Counted from the stretch's first letter, positions 14,901 to 29,583 are shown. The stretch: DNA of 64,000 nt from the human T2T-CHM13v2.0 reference genome, Homo sapiens (GCF_009914755.1 NC_060927.1), one strand, 5' to 3'. Notes: generated by a model from the letters alone, not told the origin. A program made the numbers and translations.

Positions 14901-17146
14901 CTTCTCTAAAATCAGATTAAACTTGGCTACAAGGTCCTTACTCTCCAAGGTTGGGAAATAGTCTAATATCCTGATTACTGGGTCTTCCTGACCCCTCCAT
15001 GGGCATGTACAGGAGCCCTAGTCTTTCACATGCCCAGAGAAATGGGGATATCCTGATTCATAGACCGTGGTGGTTGTCGTGGTAACCGCTACTCCTGCTA
15101 CTCCATGTTCTAGTCTTTTCTGCTAGTTGGACCCTCTAGGGGGCCATGGAAAGGCGTCTTGGTGCTGTGCTTGTCTCCCCTGGCCACAGGTTATCCATGG
15201 AGAGCCCTACTCCGGCTCTCAAAGTCAGAGCGTACAGTGTGCAGCCTCCACAGGCTTTCCAGTAGCTCCCACCTGAGTTCACACAGCAGGGGTGGGATGT
15301 AGATCCCTGCCACCCTGTAAATCTCTAGCCCAAACACCCACCTCCCACACAGACTTCCCATCTTAGGGGGGTCACCAGTAGGGCTGGACCATCCTCTCCT
15401 CCTTTAGCCACAGCAACTGTCTCCACCATCCTGAATAATTCTTCTTAATCAGTCTGGATTTCAAACAAAGATCTGAGTGGAGGGGCTTTATCCTGGGAGC
15501 CCAAAAACTTCTCTGTTTTAGGCTCCAAAGCACAAAGGGCTATTTCTTTCCCCCTGAGGAAGGAGAGCCAGCCCAAGACACAAAATTCAAAGCTAAGAAG
15601 AAATTCCCTTATCATGCTTTTTTGCTGGTAAGGCCGCAGCAGTAAAAAGGACACCAATTAACTTCTCTGCCACTCTCTGTTTCATGGGTGAACACTCAGC
15701 CTATAGGTGTGTGTTTGTGTGTGTGTGGTGGAGTGGGGGTTGTGTGGCCAAGTGCATTAACAAAGACGATGTGGAGCCCTGATGAAATCTCAAAGGGCAG
15801 TTCTGAAAGAGGAGCCATGGAAAGAAAGCATTAACTGTAGCAGATGCTGCTGTGCCCTGGGACCATGGGAAGTGAGGAAATGGCAATTTGTTAGGATTTC
15901 CTGCACAGCAGTTGGACTAGGGCTGGAGTAAGGAATAGGACTGCTCATACAGTGGCCCAGGGGTGAGAAGACAGACGGCTCTTCCCTCGCCCAGCCTTGC
16001 ATCCTGGCATGGGGCTACACTTCAAGGGACACCTTTTCTCACTCATACAAAAGTGTTACAGGGCTGCTGCGGCTCTGTTTAGGAAAGACAGTAGGGTAAG
16101 AAAATATGCCAGGTTCAGGGGAAGCCTCGGTATTTGGTCGACCATAAAGACTGACACAATTCTGTACTACATCTAACCTTACATGAAAGCCTCACCAAGC
16201 ATCAGGGAAACAAAACACATTGACACAACCAAATACCAATCAAGGGAAGCCAGGGATGGGGAAACCAAGGCAGAGCAGCATCTCGTCCCCCTCCCTGCTC
16301 TCCTCATCGAGTTGGTCAATTGGTCAAGTGCTCTGGCTGTATCAGTCCAGGCAAATATGGGCAATTCTTAAATTCTCACTTAAAGTGTTAGAGGAGAGCT
16401 TTTAAAGATGATTGTTCCTGCTAGGCTTCCTTATTTGTTATTGCAAACAACTGGGAAATTATCTTAATAAGCGTATTCTATATAAGTGTCTTAGAATGGA
16501 GAAATTGGGGAAAAAAGATTTAAGATTTCCTTCATTAATCATCAAGAATGACTTTTTTTAAAAGTTCACTTGGGAACTATAAATGTAATATCTGTTCATT
16601 GCAGAAAATAATTAGATCACTACCAAATTGCTGTCTTCAAAATTATGTATAATATATGTTATAAATTATATAGAACCAATTTGTTTTCTCATTACTACTA
16701 TTTGTGTTTGATCTTTTCTCCATACACTTGACCATTAGGCATATTCTTAATCTTTTCCATGTTTGCCAATGCGACAGGCAAATGACCCTCCTTGTGTTGG
16801 TCTCCATTTCCCTGACGCTAGTGATATTGAACATGTTTTATATACTATTTGTCATTGGTACTTTTTCTATGACTTACTTTTTTTTCTCTGCCCTCTTTCT
16901 TGTGTGTTGTTTGTTCTATTAGCACTGATATTAATCCTTTATTATTCTCCTGAAAATATTTTCTCAAAGTATGTCATTTGTCTTTCAACAGTGTTTATGG
17001 TGTCTTTAGCCAAACAGGGTTTTTATGCAAAGAAATCTATCAATGACTTACTTTATGGTATTTGGAGTTTTGTGACTTATTCAGGAAGGCACCCTCCATT
17101 ATAAAAATATTCTTTTATTTTTCCATTTGGTATTTTTGTCATCTTT

Positions 17147-17431
<285 letters not shown>

Positions 17432-18169
17432 ATTTTTGTGGTCTTTAAAAAAGTTTGTATCATCAACTTAGCTTTTATTTATTTGTTGTATAATGCAGAG
17501 GTAAGACCCTTAATTAACACCACCTAACCACATTTTATATGCATTGTAGAGAAAAAAGGAACCTAAGCTCTTTTATTCATCTGAGAGACCGTGGTGAGAA
17601 CTCTGTGAGAGAGGAAAAGATGTTTCCCAATAAAGATCATACACTCTAGTGGGAAGGCTATTATGGTAGCCACATAATCCAAATTTTCTAAAGTAGTCCT
17701 GGTTTGTAATATTCTTTCTTACTGACACAGTATTAGCACCAACTTCTGATTCAGAAACTGTGGTCATATAGCCAATCAGCCTATGAAAGAGGACAAGGTA
17801 AGCGCCACAGGAAGTCTGTTGAATTCTACTAATTCAGAGGTGCAAGGGGCATTTCTGCCTGGCTTTCCAGGCAGAAATATTAGGGAGAACATTTGAATTG
17901 AACCTCAGAGGCAAGTTAAATTTTGATAGACCAAGATGGTGGGAGGGATCCTGCCAGGCCCAGGGAACAAAGGAGCAAAGGCAGAGAAGCAGTGAAGCAC
18001 AGGTTGTGTGTCTGGAAGCCTTGCGATCTGTCCAATTGTCTGCCATATAGGGAAGTCAGGAGGATTTAAATTAGATGATAGTTTGAGGCCAGAGGGTGGA
18101 AAACTTTGAAAGTCAAGGAAATGAATTTGTGCTTTATTTTCTAGATAATAGATCACCACTGAAATGTTC

Positions 18170-18510
18170 TTTTAAAAATGGCTTTATTATGATATGATTC
18201 ACACATCATTCAATTCACCTATTTAAAGTGTAAAATGCACCCTTTTAAAGTGTATAATTCAAATTTTTTTAGTATAGTCACAGACAAATGCAACCATCAA
18301 CATAGTCACTTTTAGGAAATTTTCATCACTTCAAAAAGAAACCTTGTACCCTTTGGCTGTCACCTCCCTAAGCCCCTATCTCCATCCCAGCCCTAAGCAA
18401 CCACTAATCTATTTTCTGTCCCTATAGATTTCCCTGTTCTGGACATTTTATATGCATGAAAACATAGAATTTGTGGTCTTTTGTCAGTGGCTTCTTTGAT
18501 TTGGCACAAT
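18170..18510 (-). mobile_element. L1M 3' fragment
   Basis: CAACCACTAATCTATTTTCTGTCCCTATAGATTTCCCTGTTCTGGACATTT. Confidence 0.8.
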
Positions 18511-18659
18511 ACTACCACTAAAGGCTTGAACTACAGAATTCTCTAACCAAACTGGCTCTTTAGAGAGAAGGGACTGGATTCAGGATGGTGGATTGGGGCT
18601 GGGCGACCAAGGAGAGCCATTAGGAGGCCAGTGAGTAGCTGTTATGTGGTCATATGAGT

Positions 18660-19167
18660 GCTCAGTAAGGAAGATTTTGGCTGCAAGTAAGGAACACTGA
18701 ACTACAAATGGCATAAATGACAAAGACATATTATCTTACTAACAGGAAATCTGGAAGTAGGTGGTTCTCGAGTTGGCCCAGGACTTACCAGTGTTGCCAA
18801 GGACCCAGCTCTTCCACCTTTCTCTTCACCATCTTAATGTACTGGTTTTTACACTCTGACCTTCCCCCTCATTGTTGGAAGATGCTGCTGCTCTTCAAGG
18901 AATCACCTCTTCATACAATTGCCTACAGAAACCTGAATCTCTGGCTTTTAAGGAAAGAAACTTTTTCCCAGTGCTCTACCCAAGAAACTTCACTTCATGT
19001 GCCATTGGCCAGGATCATGCCACACATCCATGCCTTAGTTGCGAGGTAGGCTGAGCATGTGCCTATCTGCCATTGTCAGCCCCTATGGTGGGTGGTGAGC
19101 TGTGCCCAGCAAGAAGGAAGGAAGAGGTAGTGGCAATTGTGTAGGCTAACAACAGTGTTTGCCACAA
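18660..19167. mobile_element. Old MLT1 (J/K-like) LTR
   Basis: TTGGCTGCAAGTAA...CCATTGGCCAGGAT...TTTGCCACA. Confidence 0.6.
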
Positions 19168-19294
19168 GAGACAAAGAAGATCCAGGATAGTAGAGCATTC
19201 TTAGTCCAGCAAAGGACAGTATTTTTTGAAGATAAGAATGTGGTCAAATGGCACAGTGAAGATAAGAAAAACAGTAATCAATAAAAAGATAATG

Positions 19295-19654
<360 letters not shown>

Positions 19655-20324
19655 TCATATTCAATAGAAAACCAACAGTGCTTCCTATAAAGTGCCCATA
19701 ATAATAAATACAAAAACAACAAAAGAATCTTACTAATTTCTAGTTAGACAGCATAGCCTACAGAAGACTCTAATCCTGAACCAAGCTCTCTACAAAAGGG
19801 TGAGATCCCAAGTGTCAAAGAGGCATTAAACACATGCACCACACAATTCAGTGTCCTCTAATGTCTGTCATAGACCATCTTAGCTCTGGGACCCCACAGT
19901 GCTGCTTATAATCTGTGCTGTTGACTCTAACTCCTGTATGACAAGCAAAGTCAAAAGAATCCCCTGTGTGCCTTGATGCTTGTTTCGGCGTGTGCCTGGA
20001 GTGAGGGATGAACGTCTTAAGCTTTGCCATCAGAAATTGCCATTTTTGTACATCAAAAAGGGTCTACAATTGTCATTTCTAATACAGTTCGGCCTAATCA
20101 ACCACCAAAGATGTTAACATTGATTCTGGGGAGGCATGAGGGGATGGAAAATCTTTTAATTATATTTTATTATATTACTCTTATTTATGAACATGTATTA
20201 TTTTTGAATCATTAACAATTCTAATTTTTAAAAAGTAAGGAACAAAAAGAGAGTGCTTAGTCTGAGCTGTCAAAAGCTGTGAATAAGCTGTAAGTCCCTG
20301 GGCAGGTCCCGTCATTTTTCTAGT

Positions 20325-20538
20325 CTAGGATTTCTTCACCTCGGCACTATCGACTTACTGGACCAGATAGTTGTGTTGGGGTCGGGGGGCTGTCCTGTGT
20401 ATTATAGGATGTTTGGCAGCATCCCTGGCTTCTACCCACTGTTGACGGTATTACCCCCAAAATGACAATAAAAAAGTCTCCAGATGTTGCCAAACGTTTT
20501 CCAGGGGGCAAACGCACCCCTGGTTGAGAATCACTGCT
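20325..20538 (-). mobile_element. MER20 (hAT-Charlie MITE) nested in a MIR
   Basis: GGGGGCTGTCCTGTGTATTATAGGATGTTTGGCAGCATCCCTGGC...CCCCTGGTTGAGAATCACTG. Confidence 0.85.
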
Positions 20539-21552
20539 CTTGTCCTCAGTTTCTCATCAATAAAAGGAAGCACAGAACCAAGTGCTTTAAGCTCACCTAA
20601 AGCACCAAATTCTCTGACTCCGTCAATGTCAAATCTGTAAATTTGTTTTCCAGAAGCTATTTTCCTCCAGAGCCACTAGAGGGGACACTCTGCTACACAA
20701 AGGACAAAAACAGAGCACTCAGGGAACTTTGTTTTCCTCTCCTCTTGACTTTGTTTCTGTTTCTGACCGCCCCAGCCTTAAATAAATAGTCTTTGATGTT
20801 GAGTGTGATAACCCCTTACCACGAAGCATGAAGAGTTGTTTGTCTTGTGCCTGGTGCCATAAAAGTCAGTGTTTTTAGATATGGCGGGGAGGGGAGGGCA
20901 AAATATTCTCTGCTTTTTAAACATTCTTTGTAAGGTAGTCAGATGAATCATGCCTCTAAAAAAAGATGTGCATTTCCATAAGCGGAGCCTGCAGGACAAC
21001 CAGGCTGGGAGGTGGAAAATCTAGTTCTGTTCCTGGTCCTGCCACTTCTGGGCTGTGTGATGTTGGCCAAATTTCTTGACTTCTCTGGTTTTATATAGAT
21101 AACAGAACTGAGGAAGCTGAGGCTGAGAAGTTAAGGTCACACAGTATGTTAAGTGGTCAAGCAAGGACTTGCGTCTGACCCATCAACTTCATAGAATAGT
21201 TGTGAAAACCAGAAGAGATGGAGAAAGTGAAAGAGTCTTGAAAAATAGAAAACCCCACAACAAGTTCAAGGTGTGAATGTGTAGATATTGTGGGAATGAG
21301 AGAAGGGGATGGCTATGGGGTAGCATGAGGGAGCAGGGTAGGTCCAGACAGCAAACAGAAGTTACTCCTTCTCCAAGTGTTGTAAATTACAGGAAAGAGC
21401 CTCAGTGCCCCCAAATACTTCACTACTGATGGAGCTTCATCCCTAGGACTTAAGGTCTCCATCCCTATAAAAGTGGACAGATCACTAAGAGGAGTTTACT
21501 TTATGCTCTGATGAGTTGTTTATACACCTCAGCGAAAGTGAGGGATCTACAA

Positions 21553-21765
21553 CACTGGTTTTTAAACATTTTTTTAAAACCCTGAACCACAATAGAAAAT
21601 ATGTTTCACAGAGAGACCCAGCTCACATACATATTATAAAATCGAAACGAAAGTGTTAGTTATAATGTACTTGGATCTTTTCTATTGTTTTATTTTATTC
21701 TATCACTTGCAACCCATGCTGACCCACTAAATAATGAGTCCTGACCTGCACTTGAAGGTATTATA
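21553..21765. mobile_element. hAT-Charlie MITE (MER119-like)
   Basis: CACTGGTTTTTAAAC...GACCCAG...GCAACCCA. A related element in opposite orientation lies at 63018-63256. Confidence 0.45.
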
Positions 21766-24046
21766 CTAGAAGGTTTTGTGGAGGGGAAAGAGTTTAGGGT
21801 CCTGGAGCTGGTCTAGGGAGGAAACAGATGTGTCCTCCGAACAGTATTCAAGGATCCCTAAAGATGAACTTTTTACAAGTTTTATAGTTTTCCAAGGGCT
21901 GATTCTCTGAGGCGTGATTCAGGAGGAAGAAAAGAGAACAATAATTCCAAATTTGAATTCCCAAAATTCACCCAAATGAGTGAGGATGGGCCATTGGGTA
22001 GCAACCTCTAGACTGGATTCTCAGAGGTTATGATCTAAACCCCCCACATCATTAACATAAAATAGATAACATAAAATATAGATAGCATAAAATGACCACC
22101 AGCACAAAAAACATTTTTAATCCAACATTTATTGAGCCATTATTATATATCAGACATTGCACTAAGCACTTTACATGAGTGATAGGACATAAATTAAGTT
22201 TAAGTGTTCCCTGATTTTCTTCTCTTCCTGCCCACTAACAAGAGTTCTGGCTTTGTTTGTCCAATTTCTTTTTCTGCCCCAACAGAAGAAGAACTGGACA
22301 GAAGCGGAAGGACCAGAGGAAGGCTGATTAGGACTGGAGAAAAGATTTCAGGGAGTTTGGGAGAAAGAAAGGGAGGCAGAAGCTATGGGGTGTAAGAGGC
22401 TTGGATAGGAGGGGAAAAGGATGCTGAGGGGAATTGAAGGGGCTCTTTGTGATGTTTGAGAAATGCAAGTATTAATATGAGTTAATTAGAAATTACTTTT
22501 GGTGACTAGACTGGGTTTCTTGGGCTGCAACCCTGCCCCCCACCCCAAGACTGCACCCTGTAGGTCATGGTCTGAATAGGGTTACATATGCATTATCTTA
22601 TTTAATCTGCATAACAAACCCATGAGGTGGTATTAGTATTTCCTTTTTCTCAGATGAAGAAAAAGAACTTGATACAGTCTAAGTAACCTTACATTACATG
22701 CAGCTAATAAATAGTGAAACCAGGACTGGGACTTAAGACTTTTGATCATGAAAGCACAAGCTCTTAAGTCCGTGAGCATAGATGATTCCCAGTATAAACA
22801 ATACCAGTTAATAAAATACTCGAGAATAAATTTAACAAAAGAATTGCAAGACTTGTACACTGAAAACAACAAAACATTGCTGAAATAAATCAAAGATCTA
22901 AATAAATGAGAAGGTTTCCTAGGTTTATGAATCAGATGACTGAATATTGCTAATATGGGATTACTCCCAAAATTGATCTGCAGGTACCATTTAACATCTA
23001 TCAAAACCCCAGCTGTATTTTTTGCAGAAATTGAGAAGCTGATCCTAAAAATCATATGGCAATGCAAGGGATCCAGAATAGCCAAACGATTTTGAAAGAG
23101 AACAAAGTTGGTGGACTCACACTTCCTAATTTCCAAACATAATATGAAGCTATAGTAATCAAAACAGTGTGGTACTGACATGACAATAGATATCTAAATC
23201 AATGGAATAGAATTAAGAGTCCAAGAATAAATATTAATATTTATGGTCAGTTGATTTTTGACAAAGGGGCCAAGACAATTCAATAGAGGGAAAAATAAAT
23301 AAACTCTTTATTTTAGAATAGTTTTTTAAATAAACTCTTTATTTTAGAATAGTTTTATATGTACAGAATTATTGTAAGAATAATCTTTTCAACAAATAGT
23401 TATGGGACAACCAGATAGCCACATGAAAAGAATGAATGTGGATCCCTACCTCACACCATAGGCAAAATTAACTTAAAGTGTATCATAGATCTAAATGTAA
23501 GAACTAAAACTATAAAACTCTCAGAAGAAAACTCAGGTGTAAATCTTCATGACCTTGGGTTAGATAATGTTTTCTCAAATATGATGCCAAAAGTACAAGT
23601 GATGAAAGAGAAGATTGATAAGTTGGACTTTATCAAAATTAAAAACTTTTATGCTTCAAATAACACCAACCAGAAAAGAAATGACAACCATAGACAGGGA
23701 GATAATATTGTAAAATATATATCTGGTAAGGGACTTTTGTCTGGGGTATATAAAGAATCCCTAAAACTCAAAAATTTAAAAAAAAAAATTAGGCTGAGTG
23801 TGGTGGCTCACGCCTGTAATCCCAGCACTTTGGGAGGCTGAGGCAGGCAGATCACCTGAGGTCGGGAGTTCAAGACCAGTTGGACTTCATCAAAATTAAA
23901 AATTTTTATGCTTCAAATAACACCAACCAGAAATGAAATGACAACCATAGACAGGGAGATAATATTGTAAAATATATCTGATAAGGGACTTGTGTCTGGG
24001 ATATATAAAGAATCCCTAAAACTGAAAACTTTAAAAAAAAAATTTT

Positions 24047-24449
<403 letters not shown>

Positions 24450-24872
24450 TTAAATGCAGTTCAAAATCACAATGAGATATCACATTGTACCCACTAGGAT
24501 GGCTATAATAAAAAAGACAGGCAATAACAGCATTGGTGAGGATGTGGGGAAATCAGAACCCTCATAAATTGCTAGTGAGAATGTAAAATGATGCAGCACT
24601 TTGGAAAACAGTTTGATAGTTTCTCAAAATGTTAAACATAGTACGATATCACTCAGCAATCCCACTCTTTTGTGTCTACCCAAGAGACATGAATGCATGT
24701 CCACAAAAAAAAAACTTGCACATGAATGTTCATAGCAACATTATTCATAACAGCCAAAAAGTGAAAACAACTCAAGTGTTCATCAACTGAGATTTGGATA
24801 AACAAAATGTTGTATACCCACACAGTGGAATATTATTTGGGCATAAAAAGGAAAGAAGTACTAAAGTATTCT

Positions 24873-25274
24873 ATGCCTTAGTTCATTTGCTGTTGCTTAA
24901 ACAGAACACTTGAACCTGGGTAATTTATAAAGAAAAGAAATTCACTTCTTACAGTTATGAAGGCTGAGAAGTCCAAAGTCTAGGGATCACATCTGGTGAG
25001 GACCTTCTTGCTGGTGCGGACTCTCTGCCAAGTCCCAAGGTGACACAGGACATTACATGGCAAGGTGGCTGAGAGTGCTAGCTCAGGTCCCTCTTCCTCT
25101 TCTTATAAAGCCACAAGTCTCTCTCTTGTGATAACCCATTAATCCATTAACCAATTAATCCATTAATCCATGAGTGGATTAACCACCTCTGAAAGACCCC
25201 ACCTCTCAGTACTGCCATATTGGAGATTAAATTTCAACATGAGTTTTGGAGAGGACAAATATTTGAACCATATA
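24873..25274. mobile_element. MST (ERVL-MaLR) solo LTR
   Basis: CTGGGTAATTTATAAAGAAAAGAAAT...TTTCAACATGAGTTTTGGAGAGGACAAA. Confidence 0.85.
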
Positions 25275-27244
25275 TTGTATGATTCCATTTGTAGAAAATG
25301 TCCAGAAGAGGAAAATCTATAGAGACAGAAACTAGATGAGTGGTCATCTAGGGCTGGTAGGTGGGGACAAATGAAGAATGATACCTAATAAGCATGGTGT
25401 TTTTTGGGGTGGTGACAAAAAGTGTTAAAAAAAAATAGATTACAAATTACATAATTCTGTAAATACACTAAAACCCATTGAATTGTACACTTTAAGTGAG
25501 TGAACTTTCTGATATGTAAATTATACCTTAATAATTTTTTTTAAAGAGAGGGAATAAAATGAGAGAAATCTAAGTCAACAAGTATAGACAAGTCTTCCAA
25601 GGAATTCCTTGCATTCATAAAGGTTTGGTTTTAATTACCAGCATTTAACTGCATTTGTTGTAGCAAAGGAGGAGGATGCTCCACTTCACGTAGAGACCAG
25701 GGAAGTGCCATTGTACTTACTTCTCTGTATCTCCAAGTGGATATTTTTCCCAGTTCTCTGATTTTATTTTCACTGTTAGTATCAACCCCAGAGCATATAA
25801 CCCAAGAATCTGTGTCTCACTTAAGCTTACTGATCATTTCTGCTTCTTTTCTTTATTTTTCTGTTCACATTATCCTGATAGGATGCAGGGTGAAGAAATA
25901 ATCAGCCTCTGTTCATCTTATTAGAGAAATAAATACCTGTGTATATGAAGCAAGCAAGGCCACTGAGTCTTTGGGGAAACAGAGCAGGGAGGTGCCCAGA
26001 GGCATTTTCTGCAGAGAAGGAAGAAAAGAATAAACAAGTCTTCTGCCAAAAATGCCTGGAACTTAAAGCGATTTCCTCAGCCCAAGATCAGGCTGTGTGC
26101 AGACACTGACAGTGAACCTGATCAGTTGCTGCTGCTCCCTTGATTAAAAGCATGTAGCTTTCTCTCTTGTGAAATTCACCTCTATAAATTCCACCTGCCT
26201 AGGGATTCAAACTACATGGAACAAGTGCAATTCCTCAGAGTGGCAACTGGCAGAGCTCCCAGGAACAAGGTAGAACTACACAATGTCCCAGGCATCAGAG
26301 GCATAGATTGCCTGAGTCAGGGAGAGTGGTCTCTGTGACCTGACACCCCACCCACAGTGGGAAGGAAAGCTGTGGGTGTGTTATCAAGGAGGCCTCCACA
26401 AGGGGCTGGAAATTCCTGGTTTTGTCTTCCTCTTGGAATGAGACATTTACTCTAAGAGAATCATGGAAAAGTACAAACCACAGAATCATAAACCACAGAG
26501 GGAGAAGCTACCTCGTAGGTCATTCTTATGCTGGGCCCAGATACCCCGATAAGCAGATGTTCTCTTCTCACCACCCCTCCTCGCCTTTGCTTGCCCACAG
26601 CCATTGCCAGGACTCTTCCTCAGGCCCAGAAAGGCAGCTGATTCCTGGTAGGAGGGCGCTAAGAGTAGAAAGTAACTACCATTGTCAGGTCCAGATCTGT
26701 TCCCAATCCCTTCTCACTCCTCCTGCACTCTAAAACCACACCACAGTTCCAACTCTTTCTGAGTCCGGAATCTTTGAGAGTGCCGTCATGTCCTTCTTCC
26801 TGTAGCCTTCTTGTCCACCCCAGATGGACTGACCCTCCCACCTACATCCATGAGGCCAGAAGGCAACAAAGACAAGCGTGGACTCTGGCTCCCGCCGAGG
26901 TACTCTGTACCCCGTGGCTCTCGGATTTTGCATCTACCACATGCCACAGGCTTGCGTCCATCCGACCTCCCTAGTTTCTCATCCCCACTTGAACCTGATG
27001 ACTGATTCGCCCTCCTGGCTACGCTGAGTAAGCCACCCACTTGCCAAACCTCAGACCTGGTGTTGACGCAGTAAGAAGGCATGAGGCCCATGTTGCCAGA
27101 ACATTCCTAATTGTTTCATTGTTTCCTTGTAGGATGTGGTTTCAAGTCCCATCTTTGTCTCTTTTCTCCTGGCCAGGTTGCCCTTGGTCAATATTCCTTC
27201 ATTCACTCCAGCCACTCAGCACCGTGATTAAGAAAACAGGATGT

Positions 27245-27440
27245 GAGATTAGATGATCCAGGCTCTGCCATGAACTAACTAGCTGTGAGGCTTTAGAGAA
27301 GTGTCTTAACCTCTCTGAGCATCCATTTCTTTCTCTATAGCATTAGGAATATTAATAGTACCTACCTCACAGCTTTTTTGTTGTGATAATACCAATAAAT
27401 GAAATAATCTTCATAAAGCACAGAGGCTTGAATGTTCACT
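27245..27440. mobile_element. MIR
   Basis: CTTAACCTCTCTGAGC...ATAGTACCTACCTCACAG core. Confidence 0.7.
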
Positions 27441-27899
27441 CTAAGTATTTAATATGTGTCCTCTACTATTTTATTTTACAATTATCATTCCTTAATTCAT
27501 CATATAATTACCAAGCCTCATGCCAGGCACTGAGATATAAATATCCCCTTTAAAGAGTGGTCATGTCTTAAATCCAGGAAGAGCTAGTTCATGTTGGCAC
27601 CCAGGGTAGGGAGCGAAGCCCAGGGCCACAGCACAGAGGCAGAGGAGAATAGACACTGACCACCAGGAGCTGCCCGGGGATGGTGACAAAAGTGCCTTCC
27701 ACCTTTCCGCATCTCTTTCAATACCACTGCAACTCCTTGAGTAAGGTGGGCACCACACAGAAGAAGGGGGATGGCAGAGGGGCAGTGAGAGGTCCCCAGG
27801 GAAACACCCTCTTCTTCTTCCCTGCTTCTCTGACAGAGCACGGCCATGCCTCTGCCATGCAGGAGGGTGATGTCCTTTGGGGAGGCCTTGTTGAATCTG

Positions 27900-28170
27900 T
27901 CTGGGGCTGTTCCGGAAGTAGGAAGGGCGGCTGGGGGTGGGGAGACGGCAGGAATGTTCTCCTGGCCTGCTGGTCTGTGCCGGCGAGTGTGCTGAGAGGA
28001 GGGCCTCTGGACATCAAAGGTTCCTTTTGTCCCCTTCCGAGTGGCAGGGCAGCCCGGCCCGGGCTGCTGGCGATGACTCAGGCCTGGCCCTGACGTCACC
28101 CACGCCCGGCCACTGGCCTCCCTCTGAAGCCAGGAAACTAGTTGGGGAGTGGCACTCGCAGCTGCAGCAA
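27900..28170 (+). promoter_or_regulatory. ZBTB38: ZBTB38 proximal (non-CpG-island) promoter
   Basis: ETS CCGGAAGT 27912-27919, AP-1 TGACTCA 28074-28080, palindromic CRE TGACGTCA 28091-28098, KLF/SP CCACGCCC 28100-28107 and E-box GCAGCTGC 28158-28165, all directly upstream of exon 1. Local CpG enrichment. Confidence 0.75.
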
Positions 28171-28440
28171 ATCTCAAAATAAAGAGGCAACGGCCTTTCT
28201 CTTCCTCTCCATCTCCCTATAGCACACCTTTTATTTCTTTTCTTCTTTTTTTTAAGCCTCACGAAAGATTTTACTTGTAGATCAACTTTCAAAATGTAGG
28301 AAGTCAGAATGGGTGACATCATCAGAAAAATATGTGGAGCTGATCACAAGAAGTGAAGAACCCAGAGCACGAAAGCGGTTGTGACTCCTGGGCCCAGGGA
28401 GTTGACAGCGTCTGGGCTTCAGAGGAGCCAGCGCCTCCGA
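28150..28440 (+). other. ZBTB38: ZBTB38 5'UTR first exon (start approximate)
   Basis: Ends at strong donor CGA|GTAAGT (GT at 28441) and follows the promoter motif cluster. Confidence 0.8.
28309..28356 (+). CDS. uORF MGDIIRKICGADHKK (15 aa) in exon 1
   Basis: AGAATGG strong Kozak context (-3 A, +4 G); stop TGA 28354-28356. Confidence 0.35.
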   Translation: MGDIIRKICGADHKK

Positions 28441-29508
28441 GTAAGTGAAGGCCCACTTTTGGCCCCCCCTCACTCAGCGCCCTTCACCGTAGGGCGCCAT
28501 CTTGTTCCCTGACGCCTACAGCTTGCCAAGCCCCAGCCCAGAGTTGGGAGTAGGGACTGCATTTGGGAGACCCTCTAAATACGGCCCCAAAGGGATCTGA
28601 TATCTCTCTCCACAGGATCAGAAAAGAATGCAAAAAAAAAAAAAAAAAAACAATACTAAGACGGAAACCCTGGGGAGAACAGCCCAACTGATGCCTTTCC
28701 CTGTCAACCCTCTTGTTTTGCCTCCTCTTCCTCCCCTCACCTGAGTATTCCGTTTCAGGCTGTCAGAATGTTTGTTCAGAGTTCTGGATTGTTTGCTTCC
28801 TAGATCTTATACTGAGCGATCAGACATAAAAATAAACCCTGTTCTAGGCAAATACGTGTCCTGTGCCATCAAATGGTATTTTCACACTTAACCTGGTAAA
28901 ATATGACAGCCCTGGTAAAAAGATGTACATAATTGTGCTGCCTTTACTGAGCACGTTTCTGATTGTTCTGTGTATGAACCTCCATTATCTTATCGCCCTG
29001 TTTACAGAGGACTTATTTTCATTCCTACTTGTGCCATCGTATCTGGGATGATATTAAGCACAAAGACACAATGTGTCTGTTTTAACTTTGTCTAAAAACT
29101 CATAGTTCTTTACAAAGCCTATAATTTCACGACCTCTGGAAGTTCCTACCCAAGAAAGTTAAGTTCCCAAGAGAAAAGTTTTGACACATACATGAGAACA
29201 GCACGTAGGCATAGAAATCATACCCTGATTTTCCCGGCTTCTAAGTCATCCCCTGAGTCAGCATCTAGTCTTCGTATAGCTGACGTACCAGGGGAGATCT
29301 GTTCTTCAGAAATTCTATGTTAAAATGACTGGGAGCGGGGAGGCGTAAGTCTCATTTTAAAGGCAGTAAGGAAGCTTGTCATTTACTGGAAAACAGTGGC
29401 ATATTCCTTTGTAAATGGACAACTCCCTTTGGAAATTAACTATCACACACTAAAATATCTGTTTTATAGGCCTTATGTTTTACTTTTTGTTTTACTTTAA
29501 TATATTAG

Positions 29509-29583
29509 GTTGTCTTGAAGTGAGGCTCTGCTGTAGTCCTGTTCTTCTGGCTCTAAGATCTGAATGTTGTGACCACTAATTTG
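29509..29583 (+). other. ZBTB38: ZBTB38 5'UTR exon (75 nt)
   Basis: T-rich tract then TATTAG|GTT acceptor; donor TTG|GTAAGT. Confidence 0.8.

Noticed and set aside
22633-23181. 182-aa ORF on the - strand
   Set aside because: Antisense reading of the L1 relic.
27584-28177. 197-aa antisense ORF over the promoter
   Set aside because: GC-rich promoter sequence with no homology or splice support, and a non-ATG start.
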